The translations under genes and the position numbers were made by a program. Shown piece after piece: positions 12,922-26,403 of a stretch of 64,000 nt of DNA; within the stretch, counting starts at the first letter, position 1; each line of letters starts with the position of its first letter. The stretch comes from Paraspadella gotoi (taxonomy: Eukaryota > Animalia > Chaetognatha): positions 8,502,772 to 8,566,771 of the forward strand of contig CM119265.1 of the NCBI GenBank assembly GCA_051294375.1, written 5' to 3'. The notes below the pieces were generated by a model. That model saw nothing but the letters and a program-made list of their open reading frames with translations, was not told where the DNA came from and made no database searches.

Positions 12922-13770
12922 CCAGAGAGAGAGAGAGAGAGACCCCGAGAGAAAGACACCAAGAGCACCTAGAAGGGCACGTGGGAGCAAACAAGAAATG
13001 TTTATTGAGATATAACGAAGTTGGGAGGTGAGAAGGAAACGACGAAGCGAAGAAAAGAGAAAGTACATACAATACAAACATTAGATACAATACATATTAC
13101 ATACCAATAGATAATCAGATATATCGAGTCGAGAAAAAAGGAAGGAAAAGTGGAGGAATGTATCCAAGTATCAGAAAGAAAGAAAGAAAACCACAGAGAA
13201 GACTCGGGAGATCAAGATTCTCGATCGAACGATCGAGACGAAGCATCATTGAAAACCCGGATGTAACCCGATCAAGTGATTCGATTTCGATGAAGCCTAA
13301 AATGATAACGACATCCGGGAGAGGGCTGAGGCCGAATGGGCGTTGCCTCGTTCACTCGACGACACCTGTTGCGGATTATGAGCTGCGAGGGGTGAAGATT
13401 TTTTCGGGAGGTCGTGTAAAGGGTGAGTTAGGGTGAGGGTTGTCGTGGCGTGAATATTGGGGTCGGTGAATTCGAGGTTGAGAGAACGTGAGTTTGTTGT
13501 GGTGAGGGGTTGGGGATTGGTGTGGGATTCAGGCTCCAAAAAGCTAGTTTGAGCTAACGCAAATATTTTCAAGTAAAATTACCAAAAAAAATACTTTCGT
13601 TATGTTTTATATCTGTATTTATGATCGCTCAATCCATTCCGACCAAAAAATCCGAGGTTTATGACATCATTTTCTCTACCCATTTTTTCCCACCTCACAC
13701 TGGCTCACAAATCTCCCGTTTTCGCCAAATTTCACCCGTTCCAAAATTTTCACACCCTCCTGGTTTCTTA

Positions 13771-13882
<112 letters not shown>

Positions 13883-14686
13883 CCTTTCCCTCTTCTCCCC
13901 CTTTTCCTCTTCTTCTCCCCACCGTTCTCCCTTCCCTCTTCAAATGGCAGCGAGCGGTCTGGATAACAACAAGCCACCTCTGCATCCAAAAAGGTTCGCG
14001 AAAATTCATTCCTTTATTCCTTTTATTCTTTTTTCTATTTTTAGTTTCCCTTTTTTGGGGGGGAAATTTCGTTCGACCAGGCAGATTTTTATTCAAAAAT
14101 ACATTTTTTTTCTCATTGACATTTTACTCTTTTCGCTCTTTTAACAAACAAACGAAAATATGTGAATTGTATAAATTATGACTGTAGAATCTAGTGTAGA
14201 TCTAGTCATAGATTATTTAAAACCTCAAGTCGACTCACAATTTATTTCGATGAAAAACTTCTTAATTCCTAAGTTCATAAAAATTATTACATATTTTGTT
14301 TTTATTTTTTTATCATCAATAAAAAATAAATTTAGCGCCTTCTACCGAAACTACACGCTTTTCATCAATGAACGTCATTATCTTCTCTAAATACACTAAA
14401 AAGATTAAATATTAAAAATTATTTTTTGTTTATTTCGTTATTTTAACTAAGGTCCTCGTCAACAGATTCTCAAACGTTTAGTTAAGAAAGGTTTTACTAC
14501 CTAGTTTTTTGTTTCGCATCCAAATTGTGTCTCGCGTTTTATTTCTTTTAATCAAATGCTTGGCAAAGTAAGAAGAAGCCGTAAAAAAGCTTTTATAAAA
14601 GCCATAAAACGAGATTGACTAAAACGAGAAAAAGTGTAAAAATAGCCGATAATTGAGAATATAAAAGTTCCAACAAAGTGTCACAT

Positions 14687-14770
14687 TGTCAGGAGTGGGA
14701 TTTAAACCCACGCCCGTAGGAACGGACTGCGACCTGACCGCAGCGCCTTAGACCGCTCGGCCATCCTGAC
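14687..14770 (-). tRNA. tRNA-Leu(CAG), probable pseudogene
   Basis: GTCAGGATGGCCGAGCGGTCTAAGGCGCTGCGGTCAGGTCGCAG...GTGGGTTTAAATCCCACTCCTGACA; long variable arm; T-loop TTTAAAT instead of TTCGAAT and G at position 32. Confidence 0.85.
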
Positions 14771-15817
14771 AGCATCATTTCAAAGGCAGTTTAATTTTCT
14801 TTCCGTGTCCTGTAAGTTAAAAAAAAACAAAACAAAAAAACAAAAACAGGAAATCTGTTTTGTATTAATGAAATCTTGTCAGCAATGAAACTTTTATAGG
14901 TAAAATTTAAGTTTAAGTATAAATTTATATTTTTTTCAGTATATTGTACAGAATTATGTAATACATAAAACTGTGCCCTAATGTTTTTCTGTTTGCATTG
15001 TACACTATTTCTTCTCTAACGCCCTTGTCCGCTAACAAAGATTACTTAGCTTTGTTAAGTAAATTTTAAAACGATTTTTTGGTCCAACGCCCAATTTACT
15101 TTTCGTGATGTTTAAAAAACCCTTCGAAAGAAAAATAATGTTTGAACGACGCATTTAAAATCTCATTTTCGGGGCAAATGTCACTTTCTCTCGGAGAAGC
15201 GCCTCCCTACTTTAAGTTTTAAGACATTTTAGTGGTATTATATTAATTGGAGGATTAAAATAAGTGCGAGCGCTTTTCCGAGGAAATAACAAACTTTTTT
15301 TAAACAAAATTTACAATTTAGCTTTGGAGTTGTTCGTCCAAAGCTTAGTGCTTGTATTCTGCAATTTTCTAAAATTTTGGGCTTTCTCGTGCTATCCTTT
15401 AAAATATTTTCTAACCTAATTATTGAAAGATATTTTTTTTTCAATATTTTTTTTTAATATTTCGTGTTGAAATCAACTTTTAGATAAAACTTACTAATTC
15501 TAATCACTTCACTTATTTCACGGAATTCATTAGAAACATAGGAAAACTATTTTTTTAATTTTCTGCATGCCTCCCCATAATCTAATGAATGACTGCGTTG
15601 TGGGCAATAAATCTGTGAAACTATCCTTAAATTAGTTTTTTAGCAATTGAAGTCAAGCCAAACGCAGTGATTCAATGAAATAGCTCTTTTTTTAAATTAC
15701 AATTCGCAATCAAAGCTTAATTCTCTTTTTCCTTCCGGAAACTAAACCGTTTGACGTGAAACTTTGGCCACGATAGGCGATCAACGCTTTGCGCTGTCAC
15801 GAGGCGACGTTGATACG

Positions 15818-15887
<70 letters not shown>

Positions 15888-16289
15888 AACTTCCGATTTA
15901 TTTTAGCTTGAAGTCTGTATAAAATCTTTTTTAAAAAATAAATAAATAAATGAATACAAAAACTATAAGAACGTCAGAACTCATTTCAAGCGTAGCCGCT
16001 TGGGAAATCCACGCGTTAGATCGAAAAGACAAAAAACATACAATTCCGTGAAGTAAACAAAAGACTTATTTTAAAATCAAAACCTTCGTCACGAAATGTT
16101 TATTTTCATTTGTTTTATCATAGCTTTAGTTTTGTTTTGGTTTTGATTTGGTTCAGACTCAAAAGCCTCAAAATTTCAATTAGTAAATTCCTTACACGAA
16201 AATTATATATTATATTATTTAATATCATTTTCATGTTTTTTTAATAGAACGTAGTATTAGAAAAAGGTCTGGGGTATTCTGACCTCGAA

Positions 16290-17706
16290 ATGACTCGAAT
16301 TCGCGATCTCCGCAGATCCTACGAGGGCGGCGCTGAATCTCCGACCGGCAGCGCCTCTTCCGGCGACAGCGGCTCCGCCTCCTGGAACCAGGTACTCACT
16401 CGCCGGTTATATACGGTACCCCCGTCGATTAATGAATCATATACGGGGACGTGGGAAAAGCCGTTCGAGTCTTTTGTTTAGTTTTTTCTAATTAGCGCGC
16501 GAATTTGTCGGACCATTGGATAGGATGATGTCGGAAATTTCCAAAAGAGCGCCGACCATGACCCCCCACCCCCCCCCAAAAAAAAACCCTAAAAACCAAA
16601 GAGCACTTAAAATAAAAATGACCGATTACAAATTAATTTAGACAATAAGTTATTTTTATGATTTCCAAGTCCATTATCCAATGTTCGTCAGTCGAGGTGC
16701 ATTCTATGGTTTATTTATTTACAATAACGCTCCTCATTAAAACTACCCATTCCCTGTAAAAGTTGCTAAGGACTTTACAAAACCTCTTCACGAGGTTTAG
16801 ACAAAGTCTTGAGTGTTTTTTTTTTTTTTAAAGAAACAATTTTTACATTATTAAAATTTGTACTAATTTGCAGTAAGATGATGAACCTATCGATTTTTCC
16901 TCTCTTCACTCGTTGGTCCTTCTCATTTCAATGTCACTAAATCTATCGTCCAATAAAAATTACTATTTTAGCGCGTTCTTTTAAAATGTTGATTTTCATC
17001 ATAATGCTAATAGACGTGTCAACCAAAATAGATCGTGACAGTGAATGTCATTTTTCGCACGGTTGGCGAAGTTAGTAAATTATTTTACTTCGTCTGTCTT
17101 TAACGAAGACGCCTTCTTCAATCCTAACAAAATAAAAGATAAAACAACCGAACAATTCTGTTGTTCAGATGTTTGATGGCGAAAGCGCCCCTCTCGGCGG
17201 GTTCCTCAAGCCAACGGCAAGCGACCTTAGCGGGGAAAATGCAGCCAATTCGCCTTTTTTCTGTCACACTTGCAATCTTCCATTTGAAAAGCAGGAGGTA
17301 CGACACTACTGCCTAAGTATTTGTACTTATTTTCATAACATTTTGTCAAACACATCATTTACCTTTGTTCTCTTCACTGAGCCTAATACTGATAATTAAA
17401 TAACTAGCACCCAACCGTTTCATCTATTTATATTCTCTTAATCTTTTCATTTCATATTTATATCTTCAACTCTTGAGACAGCACAGGCATTTGTGCTGCA
17501 AGACTACTTCTCTCTCAATTCTTCTCTTAAAGTTAAAATCGGACAATTATGCGAGAATTGTTATTTTAAAAAACCTTAATTTTTTGGCAGGAACTCTTTT
17601 CTCATCTTCAAAGTCCTAGTCACAAGATAACTATGTCAAAAATGCGAAAGCTCTACACCATGGAGGCGAAAGCCATTGAAGCTAAGATAAAGGTACTTCT
17701 GCTAAT

Positions 17707-17754
<48 letters not shown>

Positions 17755-20414
17755 TCCCTTTTTTTCTTTTGATAAAATCCATTATGATAACACTTCATGT
17801 GATAGGCCTCGCCCAAATATCACTTCACGAAGCGGCGATTCTGTATCATCTGCAAAATTTACATCAATCTTCCGCTGGCGATTCATCGTAAAGATCCCAA
17901 GCACAGGGTGAGACATTGGGGCATCAAAAGCTTTATTGGCGGCAAAAAAGAATCTTTTGAAAACTTGTAAAATATTGCCATGTAATTTTTTTACGTTATA
18001 TACATTGTCGTCTTCATTCTTATAAAAAAGGACCTTCAATTTTCAACTAAAATAAAATTTAATTTAGAGGAAGTTTGAATTAAGATATCAATGATTTAAA
18101 TAAAATAGTTATCTAAATTCAAACTTCTAAATCTCAAACTGCAATGAAAGAAAGGATTTCGAAAAAAAAAATTAAAAGCTTAAGCATCTAAAAAAATCAA
18201 TTTTGATATATAATAATAACGTTATATATTCTTTTCACCGGATTTAAAATTCAATCTTTCTATCTTAAGATATTTCGATTAACCTGCTTCTTCCTTCTTG
18301 TCTTTGTATATATAATAAGAGAGTTATGCTGAGAAGTAGAGTAACTTCTGTATTCATACATATGCTTGGCATATATACAGATGCCATCTGATTTTATTTT
18401 TATTTCTTACTAAACTTAAATAATCACGTCTTGGCTTATCTTCTTTGCAGTCCTTTATCTGAGAACTTTCTATTGTGTTTAAACTTTAAACAGATGATGA
18501 TATCATTTGGGATCAAATGATTACAGTAATACCAACACGAAACTTATTTTTTTACTTAAAAATTTTTAAAAAAATTACTTTTTTCTCCTTCCCACTTAAA
18601 TTCCCCAATCACTTTCTCCTCCAGGAGAACGAACAGCTCCTCCGCGAGCAGCACCTCTCCGACGAAGCCTTCGACCCTTCCGCCCAACATTTCGTCAACG
18701 GCGTCGACGACGACGATTACCGCGTCGACGACGACGACAACGACGACGACGAGGACGACGACAACAACGAGATGCACCCTTGCCTCACGCGTTCGCTCCC
18801 AGCAAGCGCCAAAGTCTCTGGCGGCGACGATTCAGGCGTCACTCGAAAGGCGCCGCGACTCAAAACGGAGCCGGACGCCGCTGTTTTCGCGTCGCCCTCG
18901 GCCGGCGGCGTCGCCAATGGGTCAAAAAGCGGCGTCGGTGAAGCGGGCGACGACGCGAAGGAAGTTAATGGACCGCAAGGTTTGTTGGTCGCTAGAAGGG
19001 GGTGACGCGACGTCTGGCGGGTGGGGGAGGATGGGGTGTTGAAGGAGGCTTGGAAGGGGAGAACTACATATCTCCCAAACGTGAAAATCGAAGCAAACAA
19101 AAAAAATAATGTCAATGGTACAATCGGCATACTAGAAGTACTAATAATATTTACTTACTTGACGTTAAAACCTCCCCCGTGACCTGTCATCTACAGTTTA
19201 ACCCGTTGTCATCTATGACCCGTTGTAATCTATGCATTGCAATATGTTCACCCCGCCTATAAGTATGTAACCTTCAATCGTGACCCAATCGATCCCCAAT
19301 GCTGCCTTCCCTGCAGGAAGCGTGTGGACGGCCGTAAACCGCCTTGTGGGCCTGGAAAACCCTCAATCCTGGTTCCATGACCAGGATACTTTTCATTGCT
19401 GCTGAGGGGGCACGGAAGATACGGATCATAGTCTTCAGCCCACTTAGCGCCTTATCCACAACCCGTTGTCATCTATGACCGGTTGAAAACTATGACCCTT
19501 TGTAAACAATGACCAGTCGTCATCTATGATCCATTGACGTATATGTTCGTCCCTATTTGTCCGTAGGTCAAGAATTCGTAGTTCCAATCATGGGCTTCTT
19601 CTGCAAACTCTGTCTCAAATTCTACACGAATGAAACTTCGGCGACGGTGAAGCATTGCTGCAGTCCAACTCACGTCACCAACTATAGGGTAGGAGAATTA
19701 TAATGGGAGAAAAAGGAAGGGAGGATTTAGGAAAGTGAGGAAAAGGAAAGTGAGGAAAAGGAAGGGAGGATTTAGGAAAGTGAGGAAAAGGAAGGAGGAT
19801 TTAGGAAAAGGGAGGATTTAGGAAAGTGAGGAAAAGGAAGGAGGATTTAGGAAAGTGAGGAAAAGGAAGGGAGGATTTAGGAAAGTGAGGAAAAAGAAGG
19901 AGGATTTAGGAAAGTGAGGAAAAGGAAGGGAGGATTTAGGAAAGTGAGGAAAAGGAAGGGAGGATTTAGGAAAGTGAGGAAAAGGCAGGGGAAACGGACA
20001 AGAAGTGAGGATAAAGACAACGTGGTGAGAAAAAAAAAACAGAAGAGATGGCGAAGTGATAAAGAGAGTAAGAGCATAGAAAAAAAAATATTGTGAGAAA
20101 AAATTAGAATGAAAGGGAGAGAGGAAAGAGTTATAGTGAATTTAATGAAGCGAGGAAATCTAGAAACGATTAAAAAAAAATAAGAATAAGAATAACTTAT
20201 GAAAAAGAAAAGTAATTCTGAAAGAAAAGTATTAAAAGAAAAAACGAGATTAACCGATGCAGAAATCCTCTTACGTCAGAAATACCTCTCGTCGCACAAA
20301 GACGCGAACGACGACGCCGATATTTTCGTGGGCGCCGCTGCCGTCGCCGCCTCCAGCGTTGGCACCGTCTCATCGGATCTCCTTCAGGGTGATACATCGG
20401 CCAATGGACAATGA
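16290..20414 (+). CDS. Matrin-type (U1-like) C2H2 zinc-finger protein of the CIZ1/Matrin-3/ZNF638 group, about 314 aa, 6 exons
   Basis: Exons 16290-16391, 17169-17297, 17591-17692, 18625-18979, 19567-19688, 20280-20414, all GT-AG and phase-consistent. Finger 1 FFCHTCNLPFEKQEELFSHLQSPSH; finger 2 GQEFVVPIMGFFCKLCLKFYTNETSATVKHCCSPTHVTNYRKYL resembles Matrin-3 [30 protein letters not shown]. Confidence 0.85.
19180..19545. repeat. About 17-nt minisatellite (ACCCGTTGTCATCTATG) interrupted by a ~220-nt GC-rich insert (19240-19460)
   Basis: Units visible at 19180-19235 and 19461-19545. Confidence 0.75.
19712..19986. repeat. About 30-nt tandem repeat (GGAAAGTGAGGAAAAGGAAGGGAGGATTTA)
   Basis: About 9 imperfect units at the 5' end of an intron. 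Confidence 0.9.
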
Positions 20415-23400
20415 CGGCATGACGAAGACGAGGCCGAAAAGCTGTCTGGCGAAGGAAAGGGACTGAGACGGAAATTTTAAAAGGACAGTCGCTGAACTGA
20501 CAGCAGTCGATGGGATCGGGTATATGGCGAACGTTCAAGGGCTTCTTCCGGTGTCTTAAGGTGCACGCTGGATTCGCCCCGCCCAATAAACTTGTTTGCG
20601 CCGATCGCAACCCGACCGACAGAGTCAACCAGAGCGACTGCGTTTCGATTCCGTCAAATACAGCATGAATCTCTTTGATCCCAAACTTCTTCCTGACAAT
20701 ACCATTGATATCATAAATATTAAATAACCTATTAAGTTCTACTAAAATTCTAATTAAGTTAACTTGATTCAAAAGTCATAAATCAAAGTTAAAATGTACG
20801 ACTGATTACAATAATTAACAACTGTTAGTGTTACAACACCCGCCAACTTATTTTGCCTCAAATAGAGAGGATAACAAACTTTTAGGTCAGACTTAGATTT
20901 TTGATTTCAATTTCTTTTTTTTTATGGGTTTTTTACATTGGCTATTAAATTTTTCCGTCTGCCGTTTATTTTCTTTATATTTTTGATGTTTTTTTAAATC
21001 TGGTTTGCCGTCTCGATTCCACCTCATTTCCACCCCGATAATGTTTTTGACTATTTAAGTTGATGTAATATATATTGCTAAATCGAAATTATTTAAATGG
21101 GTTCCGCCAGATGGCGGAAGCTTTCGCGAAATTGCCCAACCCCCTTTTTTTTCCCTGCTCCCCACTTTTTACGGTCATGAAAGCAAAAATTAAACGGATT
21201 TCAAATTTTTGGAGTTAAAAATTGTATTTTTAAAAATATTTAAAACGGAGTACATGAGGGAATTATATGAAAAAAAAGAAATTCAAAGTAGTTCAATTCT
21301 CCGAAAACAGCTAAATTATAAATTAATGTCGTCCACATTAGTGACGTTTTGAAAATTTGAAAATTAGTTTGTCACACATCTAAAAAAAGTTAGTTTTAAG
21401 AACCAGATAGATTTCCCTTTTGTCTTTTTTTCTTCGATCCTTTTTTCTTTCTTCTCCCCTTAACTTTTTTACCCTCCTCTTCCTCCTCCTTCTCTTCCTC
21501 CTCCACCTCCGTCTCCGCCTCCTTCATCTCTTGATAATGTCGACTGTAGTAGCGAAGAAACGAGGGAAAGACTTTCGCCGATTTGAGTCTTTGAGAGTCA
21601 GAAGCAGCGCCGCCGCCGCCGCCGCGGGAACCAGCGCCGCCGCTTCCTTCAGCGCCACCGTCGACGACGGCCAACGCAGTGCTGGCGACGCTGGCGACCT
21701 CGTCGTCATCGTCCTCGTCGCCGCCGCCACCGCAGCCGAATCTCTCCATTTCGAAATCAGCGGGCAGAATTTCGCCGCCAACGGCGCCGCCCAACATAAG
21801 AGCGGCCTCGTCAGCGTCTCTATCGCTCGTCTCATCGTCGTCGTCGAATCTCGGCCAACTGGACGATCCTCTCCGGGAGCCCGTCGCAGTTGAGAGCAAG
21901 ACGTCTGAGGAGAGAGACCTGCCGACAAAGGCGGTCGACGAGGACGTCGATGAAGTCTCGGGAGAAGACGAGGCGGGGTGGGAATGGGTCGCGGAGGCGG
22001 CGGAGAAACTGGCGGAGGCGGAGAACGAGCCATTGAAGATGGAGGAAGCGGCGGCTGGTGCGAGGAAAGGAGCGGAAGCGGATGCAGCGGCTGGAGCGGC
22101 GCGGGCTGCTGCTGCCGCGGAGATTGAGTCTTCGTCGTCCTCTTGAGACTTCGGTTTCTTCTTCACCTCGGGATTCCGATTCTCCGATTGGAAGAGTTTG
22201 CCTAAAAGAAATTTTAAATTAGTAAATGATAAACTAATATAAAAAAAAAACTTCTTCAGAAAAAAATCGCTGATAATCAAATCAGCAAAGAGCAAATTTG
22301 TCTTTTCGACGAACCTCATAGAGTTTTAAAAAAATAATTTTGGCATAAGTAATGACACAGAAGTAGAGAACAATGACGGCGGTTCAATGACAAAGTCTAA
22401 TAAGAACAAGATGGCGTGTCTTAGATATTTCTTATCGCCGGGCACGCCCCCCCCCACACCCCCCTTTTATCGTCTGCGCTTTGTATTACTTCCGTTCTCC
22501 TCTTCGTTTCCATCCCCGTTTGGCTGCCTCTCTTTTCTCCGTTCCTCCCTTTGATCTTCGCTGAGGCGTCCCGGGTTCTCCATGTCCCTCATCTCCTTTT
22601 TTATGTCCTTGATTGATTCGTTGAGGTTATTAAGTTGTTGTCGTATTGTGCCTTGATTGAAGGCGGTAACGCTGGTCGTAGAGTCGGTCAGTTTAGCGTC
22701 GACGTCGTTATTCGCCATCACGTTTTCGATGGCGGAGGAGAGGGCGTCCATTATCTTTCCAAGGCGATCTTCACAGTCTTGCGTCCTATTGAACAGTTTG
22801 TCGAGATTGGTTGCTTGGTCATCTAGCTTGGCCGACAGGCGAGAGATTTCCTGATTCATAGAGTCCATTTTTTCGGCATTACTGACACTGATCATTTTAA
22901 GTAAACACAGGGTGATATGGCCATGCGCACTCTTCTCCATGTACTTTATCAGTATCTTGGGGATATCAAAGGTTACGCCAGGGAAACGGACCACATCACT
23001 GTCATCCGGCCTTCTTTGTTTTCTTTGTTTTCTTTGTTTTCTTTGTTTTCTTTGTTTTCTTGCATTGATGACGCTTGCGATGAGTTTCGCCGGCGACCAT
23101 CGGACTTTTGGGTTCGGCGATTCCGCAGATTCGTCTGCCATACTTTTACTCGATTTAGAAATCCTTCGAGGTCGAGACTCGAACGAGCGACTTTCCAGAA
23201 GCCACAAAAAAAATTCTCGAAGACGCAATTGTTTTTGACGTTTCCGTCCTCTACGATATTTAAATGAAAGGGAATTCTCGTCTTTTCCCTTTTTGAATTT
23301 TTTTTGCGATATCGAAATTTGAAGGGTTCGTGCAACTGCAAGTGTCGCAACTCAAAGTCCGTTGAATTTCGTTTAAAACGTTCGTTGGCTTTGGCTTTTT

Positions 23401-23962
23401 AAACCAATAATAATCGCTTAAAAATTAAACCTTTTTTTTTCGCTTATAAAGTTTTTTTTTGGATGCTCCAAATCCACATCAGATTAAAGTAACAGAGACA
23501 AAAATTATTAGGTTAAAATCCGACCGTAAATTAATGTGAAATGAATTATAGCGACTCCTTGAAATGCTGAGCAAAACTGACACAGATACAGATACAGATT
23601 GAACGGATCGACGACGCTACAATATTTTACCCGACGGTTTCACGCTCATCCGCTCATTGGTCCCTCGATTTAGACCAATGAGCGAATAGGAGAATTTTTC
23701 TATTGTCTTGACTCAATCGGCTTCAATCGAATCCTCGGGATTCTCTCCCTGCGACGCTAACAAAAACCTCCCCCCCCCTTTCCCCAGCTGTTCAAACCTT
23801 TGGCGGCGCCCGATTTGACGCGATACTTCCTCGTCGAGACGTTTGTTGAAGCGTCGCGCATCTTCGGGGCATCGTCCTTAGCCACGGGCGCCTCCTCGCT
23901 CAGCAAAGACGCGGAGTCGCTGTAATTCGACGTCCTCCCTTTAGATGGCTCGTCGTCGTCGC
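20197..23962 (-). CDS. Low-complexity (Ala/Ser/Asp/Glu-rich) protein of unknown function, multi-exon; ends uncertain
   Basis: Exon 23962-23798 (GDDDEPSKGRT...KSGAAK, phase 1-1) joins in frame to the long open exon starting 22201 (GKLFQSENRNPEV...). It either stops at 21396 or splices at 21473 via a 28-nt microexon (21050-21023) into the 20692-20197 ORF. Confidence 0.5.
22467..23141 (-). CDS. Intronless 224-aa coiled-coil ORF inside an intron of the preceding gene
   Basis: ATG at 23141; (RKQ)n basic tract then heptad region MDSMNQEISRLSAKLDDQATNLDKLFNRTQDCEDRLGKI...LNNLNESIKDIKKEM; no stops or frameshifts. Confidence 0.6.
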   Translation of the reverse strand: MADESAESPNPKVRWSPAKLIASVINARKQRKQRKQRKQRKQRRPDDSDVVRFPGVTFDIPKILIKYMEKSAHGHITLCLLKMISVSNAEKMDSMNQEISRLSAKLDDQATNLDKLFNRTQDCEDRLGKIMDALSSAIENVMANNDVDAKLTDSTTSVTAFNQGTIRQQLNNLNESIKDIKKEMRDMENPGRLSEDQREERRKERQPNGDGNEEENGSNTKRRR

Positions 23963-24667
23963 CTGGAAAAAGTAGTCGGATAGTATCATCGATCGCTAAT
24001 CAGTGATTTAGTTCGAACCTTTTTCTGGGTATGATAACTGGAAATGTCTTTTGATTGTGAGGGTCTATTGTCGGTCACTCTTTTGACAAGCTTGTCTAAA
24101 ATGTTGCTTTATATATCAATGAATATCAATATCGATGAAATATTTTTCAAGCGGAAAATTAAGGGATTAAGAAACAGTTTATAATTTCGACGCTTAATTC
24201 AGCAATAACTATGATTTAAATTAAGAAAATTAAGTCTTTAGTTGCATTTGTTTTTTAAGTATTGCAGTTGGAAATTTCAAGTTTATAAGTTTTGCTTCGG
24301 TTGTTAATAGGTGTCGCCTGCACTCAATAATCTTTCGACAAAAGAGCATGGGAGGCGCAAGTCATGATGATTCTGGATGATATTTGCATGTGATTTTCCC
24401 GTCTCTCCCGTCCCCACTTTACTACCGGATAAAAATTTCGCAATTTATCCTGAGTTGCATCGAAAGAGCAAATTTGAGGGCAAAGGCCATTCTCGATTCC
24501 AAAGTTGAAAGAATGACTTTTGGATTTTGGTCTCGATCCGAAGAAACTGAAGAATGACGAAGTGTGTGTGATTATTTAAGTTCGAAGTCTTTCGATCTTT
24601 GGTTTCCGTCTCTTAATTTTTCCCCACGATTCTTTTCCTCGCGTTTGGTTCCATTTTTTTTCTCCCG

Positions 24668-24993
24668 ATGGTTCCGGCTATGCCACGAAGCGCTTACTAC
24701 AACGTCTTTCGGCGTCTCGTACCCAGGACCATTCCCCCCAACGACTCGACCATCCTGACGGAAATGTGTCCCGCCGCCGCCTCCGTCATCTTCAGGCGCA
24801 ACGAGTTGAGCGTCGTCTCAGCCAGCAGTAGCGGCGTCTTTGCCTATGCCGCCAGAGGCGCCGGATTGAGAGAAGACGGCGTCATTCCGCGCGTCGTTCT
24901 CAGCGATAAAAACGACGACGTCGTGGAAAGGGTCGACTCGAATCTCTTGGAGGCGAACCGACCTGTGAAGATTTTATCGGTCGTGAGAGAGAG

Positions 24994-25035
<42 letters not shown>

Positions 25036-26403
25036 TTAGAAAAAAAATAGAAAAAAATAAATATTCATCACTCTATCCCCTTTCTTGATTCAGCCGAATC
25101 CTCCATTAACCATTCTCGCGGCAATCTTTTCGGCGTCTTCGACGGACACGGCGGCCCCGAATGCGCCAACGCCGTCGCTCAACGCCTTCCCTGTTATTTG
25201 TCGCTTTTTTTAACGCCGCCTTCCCTGACGCGTCGTCTGCTGCGCGAGCGTCAGAGTGGAACGGAGCAGCTTCCGATCTCTACCGAATTGAAGCGTCCAT
25301 TACTGAGCAGAAAAAATGACGACCGTTTCAACCGGGCGACGCCGACGAGCTGCTTCGAGGACGACCTCTGGAATCTGGCCGAGGAAATCGTCGCGGAAGA
25401 TGACGACGAGGATCTGGATGAAGAAGACGTCTTCGCCGAGCATTTCTATCACATCGGGTGGCGTCCGGAATTTGTAGAAGCGGCATTCAAGCGCGCCTTT
25501 CTTCGACTCGACGCTGACTTGTCTCGCGCGGCGCTACTGTCGGTCGGCTACAACGCCGCCTCGCTCGTTATCGATCGTGCCCCGGCGTCGCCTCTTCTAT
25601 TCGCCGAAACCGGCGTTGGTCAAGCGGCGCGCGCTCTGACTTCCTCGGCGCCGATTTCGTCGCCGTTACCGGAAGAAGCGGCTTTCAAAGCTTTTGCTTC
25701 GGGCAGCGTTGCCACAGTCGCTCACGTCGCCGGGCGTAACCTTTCGGTCGCGTCTTGCGGCGACTCGCGCGCTGTTTTGGGATCGCGTCTTCACGGCGTA
25801 GTACCAGGATGGATCGCAACGCCCCTTTCGACGCCACACGACGCCGACAACGCCGCGGAATTGGCGCGTGTTTTATCTCAGCATCCAAGCGAGCGGATTA
25901 ACGATCTGGTCTGTGATGGGCGTCTACTCGGTCGTCTGCAGCCTTTCCGCGCTTTTGGCGACGCCATCTTCAAGTGGCCGGCTCCACTAGTCCGTCGACT
26001 CTTGCCAAGAAGCCTGCCCAATTTCTACGCGACGCCGCCCTACTTGACGGCGGCGCCGGAGGTTCACTGCAGGTCGTTGGAACCGCAGGACGAGTTTCTC
26101 GTCGTCGCCTCCGACGGACTGTGGGACATTATGTCGCCCGAGACCGTCGTCGATTGCGTGGGAAGATGGCGCCACAAAATCCAGACCGGCGCCGAGGGAA
26201 AAAGGACGCCGCGAGACGACGACAACGCCGCCACGCATCTGTTGAGGACGGCGTTTCGCGTCCGATTCGGCGACGACGAGGCGGTTTGGGAGGCGCTGGC
26301 GACGCCGTGGGGCGTGGCCCGATGGGACAGGGACGACATTTCAATCGTCGTCGTTCACTTTAATCGAGAATATTTGAGCAGAGGGTCGGGCGTTCAGGGT
26401 TAA
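24668..26403 (+). CDS. PDP1: Pyruvate dehydrogenase phosphatase catalytic subunit (PP2C/PPM family), 2 exons, one apparent frameshift
   Basis: Arg-rich transit-peptide-like N-terminus; DSNLLEANRP(C)ED, LFGVFDGHGG, VASCGDSRAVLG, RLLGRLQPFRAFGDAIFKW, TPPYLTAAPEV, FLVVASDGLWD, DDNAATHLLR, RDDISIVVVHFN. Exon 1 ends ~24979-24982, exon 2 starts 25094. PDP1 vs PDP2 cannot be distinguished. Confidence 0.92.

Noticed and set aside
19180-19990. Tandem repeats as a CRISPR-like array
   Set aside because: No unique spacers, eukaryotic intron context, no cas genes.
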